Assembly (NCBI RefSeq): GCF_000143415.4
Contig: NW_003314261.1
Location: 4,628,691 to 4,692,690, forward strand
DNA: 64,000 nucleotides
Direction: 5' to 3'
From: Selaginella moellendorffii
Taxonomy: Eukaryota; Plantae; Lycopodiophyta
This document shows positions 60,032-64,000 of the stretch, piece by piece (position 1 is the stretch's first letter; the number at the start of each line of letters is the position of its first letter). The notes beneath the pieces were generated by a model that was not told where the DNA came from, searched no databases, and worked only from the letters and a program-made list of their open reading frames with translations. Position numbers and translations under genes: made by a program.

Positions 60032-61640
60032 ATGGAGACCTATTCCGACGAGCTAGCACCATCGAGCGGCTCGATTATCAAGAAGAAGAGCGCTAGCAGC
60101 ATTTCCAAGAGATGTTCTAGCGTTCTCGATGGCGGCGATTCTCCATACTACCTCGGCTGGAAGGAATTCCAAAGAAATCCATACGATCCGGTCTTCAATC
60201 CGGGTGGATGCATTCAGCTAGGCTTGGCGGAATCCAAGGTGATGGAAAATTTCCTGGTTCCATGAGCTCTTCTAATCTTGTTTGCTTGGTTTGGATTGAT
60301 CGAGGCAGCTTTCTTTGGATTTGCTGGAACAATGGCTTGATTCACATCCAGAAGCTACAAGATTTCCAGTGGACGAGATTGCCGTGTATCCAGACTATGC
60401 CGGACTAGCGAGCTTTCGAAAAGTATGGAGCGATCTCTCTTGTGTTCTAGCTAACTCCTGGCTCTTGCTTCCAGGTTTTCGCGAGCTTCATGGAAGAAGT
60501 ACTTGGAGGAGGCCAAGTAGCTTTCGATCCAGACAACATTGTGATGACTGCCGGTGCGACGGCAGCCATTGACGTGCTAAGCTTTTGCCTGGCTCAAGCG
60601 GGAGATGTGTTCCTGGTTCCAGCGCCTTATTATCCCGGGTAAACTCTCTAGCATCCATCTCTTACATGCATCCTTAGCTCTTTGCAAGCTCATTTCTCGC
60701 AGCTCTAGCTCTAGAAAACAAAGAAAACTTTGCCTGCTTGCTTCATAGTTTCCAGCTCTTAAAGATTTCTCGTGACTTGCCATTCTTACTTTGGTTTGCC
60801 AGTTTTACAAGAGACAGCCGATGGAGGAGCGACGTAGAGCTCACTCCCGTGGAGAGCAGCAGCGCCAATGGATTCAACGTAACGCCAGCGTCGCTCAAGG
60901 CGGCTTTCCATCAATGCGCCAAGCTCGGGAAGAAGGTCCGCGCGCTGCTCGTAGCGTCACCCAGCAACCCCGTCGGCAATTCCTTGCAAGCTGATACGCT
61001 CAAGCAGATGCTGGAGTTCACCAAGAGCGAAGGGATTCACCTCATCTGCGATGAAGTTTATGCCGGCTCCACCTTCGACGATCCGGAGTTTGTCAGCATT
61101 GCCAAAATCATGGAATCCGGGGACTACGACCGAGCCAGCGTCCATATGGTCTACGGCATATCCAAGGACCTGGGACTCCCTGGACTGAGAGTCGGGGCAC
61201 TCTACTCTTGGAACAAGCAGGTTCTATCAACGGCAGCTAGACTGGGAAGGTTTTGCTCGGTTTCAACGCAGACGCAGTGCTTCGTCAGTGCTTTTCTCTC
61301 GGACAAGGAGTTCGTTCGTGACTACCTGCGAGAGAATAAGAAGAGGTTGAAAGCTAGACGAGACTGGGTGGTGGAAATGCTGAGAAACACAGGTACCGGC
61401 TGCGCGAAAGGCAACGCTGGTTTCTATTGCTGGATAGACTTGTCAAGATTCCTAAAGGCACCCACGGAAGAAGCAGAGACCGAGCTGTGGAAGAAAGTGG
61501 TGTACGAGGTTGGGCTGAACTTAACTCCTGGGAGTGCTTGCCACTCCCCGGAGCCAGGCTGGTTCCGGTTTTGCTTTGCAAACCAGGACGAGGATACTTT
61601 AGAAGTGGCTATTCGACGATTGGAGGATCTACGTGCGTGA
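60032..61640 (+). CDS. ACC-synthase-family PLP enzyme (ACS-like aminotransferase / C-S lyase); 4 exons
   Basis: [57 protein letters not shown] (PLP Lys), [11 protein letters not shown]. Confidence 0.92.
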
Positions 61641-61676
61641 AAGACCGTGAGTACAAACAAAAGAAGAAAGGCTCAC

Positions 61677-62754
61677 TCAGTATTCCAAGAGCCTGAACGA
61701 GTCGACAACGCTGTGCAGCCGGTCGCGCATCTTGTTCCATCGTCTCTCGTTAGCTCCGGTGACGAGCGCGTAGAATTTGCCTGCGATCTCAAAAGCTTAG
61801 TGGACATTACGATGCGAGGCAAGCTTTTACCGTTCGCAACTGTGACTGCTGCCAGCGCATGTCGCGTATACGTTTTGTCCTTGGCAAGAAACTCGAACGT
61901 GTAGTATGGCTTGCCATCGGTTTCTCTCTGCGACGAAAAGGAGAGAAACTTCAAACAAAGTAAGAGACATGGATGGGCTGACAAATACCTCCTTGGCTTC
62001 AATAACTTGCGTTTTTTGCGACGGTGAGGTCAGGAACTTCTCGACTAGAGTTTTCGAAAGCTGCGGCAAAATAGAATTGTGAAGTGTCCATTCTTTCCAA
62101 AGGGTATTTTCTTTACCTTATCGGGAGGTCCAAAATCGTGAATGTCGGTTTTCTCAGTTTTCACAATATTAACACTGACGCTTTCCAGTGGCTCAATCAC
62201 GTCTTTGTACACTACATCCTGACCTTTGACAACAATTTCCTACAGCGCAGGAAGTATAAACAACAACAACAAAAAAACACGAAGGATTCAAGAGCTACCT
62301 CCCAGCCGAATGGATAGTAAAATACATAGCCATCGCTTTTGTCCAATGATGCCTTGAAGCCTGCAGGGGTTTCTGCAACATTCTTCCATCAACACATGAT
62401 ATGAAAGCATTTGAGACACTCACTCTCGCCGCGGGCAACGTCGGGAGAGATCAACAACAATGTCCCGACGCCTACGAGAATCTCCCGACGCTTGGTCCTG
62501 TCTACACGACAGATTAGCGGATACCTTCGCAAAGTTAGAGAGCTTTTACCATCAAAATGATCCAAGTTCATGGAGCTCTTCATCTTTATAGACTGTTTGG
62601 TCTGTGAGATCCAAACGTGAGTGAACAGGAAAAGGTAGAAGCAGAAAATTGTGACCTTGGGGCATCCTCGCAATGCCGGAGGCATTTCTGAGTAAAATGC
62701 GGCTACCTGCGGCTCCAGTGCGAGATAAATTGGTCTTCCACACCACGCTGCCAT
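61677..62754 (-). CDS. PPL1: PsbP-like protein 1 (thylakoid lumen)
   Basis: Twin-Arg RREIL signal; spliced DKSDGYVFYYPFGWEE..V.GQD..YKDVIEPLESVSV...YTRHALA.VTV.NGKFY....GANERRW. Confidence 0.88.
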
Positions 62755-62846
62755 TCCTGGGCTCCTAGAGGCCAAAGCAAACGAGGAGCAGATAGACCCC
62801 TCTCTGCACATCTAGACCGTTCAACTCGTTCAAGCTATAACCAAAC

Positions 62847-64000
62847 TTACGAAGAAATTACTGGATGAAACATCATGAAGTAGAAGCCACTGCAAACATA
62901 AGAAAAAAAATGAGGATAAGAGACAACAAAATGAAAACTCACACCTCTATAGTTGCTGGTTTTCTCGAGTCTCCTCTCAAGTTCGTCCACCCAGCCACTT
63001 TCATCATCAAAGCATTCGGATCCGTCGAAGCTTAAAAGGGTAGACGGACGTGCTGATCTGATAGTCTCTTCCAGCGGGACAGGAACTCCCAGCTTCCTCA
63101 GGCCGGAGAAGTAAGGCCACTTGAACCACCTTAAAGCATCCGCGGTTATTTTTCTGCAGTTCCAAAGATCAAGCAGCTTCAGAACTCTTCCGGGATGCAT
63201 AGAGAGATGCGTAGCCAACACCATCACTGAGACGTCTCCTATCTGGTAGCAGTTCCGTAACCAAAGCTCTGCTGGTAGCACCCCATTCTGCACTAGCGAT
63301 AAAATGCTCGCGTCCGTAAGCTTCGGTATGAGTGAGAGATCAAGAGACTTTAACGTTTTCGCTGCCCTGCCGGCCATTAGAGCGACGATTCCATCGTCCG
63401 TGACCCTTGTGCAAGCTCTCAGAGAAAGTGATATCAACGACATCTTCCCCTTTGCAAGAGGATAAAGGCCGAAGTCGCTAACATCTGAGCCATCGAGCAA
63501 TAGCGTTTTCAAGTTGCATAGCTTGGAGATATGTCGCAGGCCAGCGTCACCGATGCTTCTACAGCCTCTGAGATTTAACACCTCCAAAGTGGTGCAACAG
63601 ACGAAGTGCCCGAGAGTATCATCGCTGAGCAAGTTGTTCAAAGACAAGTTCACGTTGACAAGCCCGCGAGGAACGGTTGATGATAAGTTGTGAAACGCCA
63701 AGTCGGTTAACTTACTCGTCTTCATAAGCTCAAAAGTGTGAAGCTTCGAGCAACTGTAGAGAATAGCCGCGCAGCTAGCGTCTGTAATCCGAGAGAAACC
63801 ACCGAGCCTTATACTCTCCAGCTGCTGCAGGCTGTGGATCATTATAAATACTCCAACGTCGTTGATTCGCTTGAAGAAAAATTTCGAGCCTCTGACCAGG
63901 GAAAGCCGACGCAACCGAGTAAGAGCTCCAAGTTTCTGAATGCCCGCATCTGTTAAGTCGTTCTGATAAGCCTCGGATGGCTCGTCCCGCAACTCAAGCT
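62847..64000 (-). CDS. F-box/LRR-repeat protein (FBL10-like), 3' part; 5' end is outside the window
   Basis: Cys-containing LRRs (LESIRLGGFSRITDA, LNLRGCRSIGD, LSLRACTRVTD); true C-terminus uncertain because of a possible last intron near 62940. Confidence 0.85.
   Translation of the reverse strand, partial: LELRDEPSEAYQNDLTDAGIQKLGALTRLRRLSLVRGSKFFFKRINDVGVFIMIHSLQQLESIRLGGFSRITDASCAAILYSCSKLHTFELMKTSKLTDLAFHNLSSTVPRGLVNVNLSLNNLLSDDTLGHFVCCTTLEVLNLRGCRSIGDAGLRHISKLCNLKTLLLDGSDVSDFGLYPLAKGKMSLISLSLRACTRVTDDGIVALMAGRAAKTLKSLDLSLIPKLTDASILSLVQNGVLPAELWLRNCYQIGDVSVMVLATHLSMHPGRVLKLLDLWNCRKITADALRWFKWPYFSGLRKLGVPVPLEETIRSARPSTLLSFDGSECFDDESGWVDELERRLEKTSNYRGVSFHFVVSYPHFFSYVCSGFYFMMFHPVISS

Overview
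Eukaryotic, land-plant nuclear DNA. Very short introns (~50-70 nt), tight gene packing and an intronless PLS-type PPR gene point to a lycophyte such as Selaginella (inference). Bases 1-19,500 are transposon debris: a decayed Ty3/gypsy element holds a second LTR element (2776-11939, TSD CATAG), which in turn holds an inverted solo LTR of its own family (5393-7323, TSD GTAGT). Further gypsy and DNA-transposase remnants follow. From 20 kb the window is gene-dense: ACAD8-like acyl-CoA dehydrogenase, cyclophilin H-like, PEX4, a HEIP1/REDIC1-like meiotic gene, PPR, an M41-like HEAGH protein, tRNA-Ala, F-box, PrfB2, RING protein, a degenerate RLCK, an RGP-like gene and an MTP/CDF zinc transporter. 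A four-unit ~4.4-kb tandem array (41925-59623) follows, then PNG1, an ACS-like aminotransferase, PPL1 and an F-box/LRR gene. Each array unit has an intact GDSL gene and a tRNA-Leu pseudogene, while the extra MTP and PNG1 copies are broken. The most interesting signals are: (1) an array junction with an inverted ~93-bp template-switch segment; (2) a retrotransposon-derived filler with local CpG decay in one array copy; (3) a new symmetric exon and intron made by a 129-bp duplication in the HEIP1-like gene; (4) a possible two-state RNA structure with a GTAAGT donor just after the ACAD8-like stop codon. All gene models were read by eye and no searches were run.
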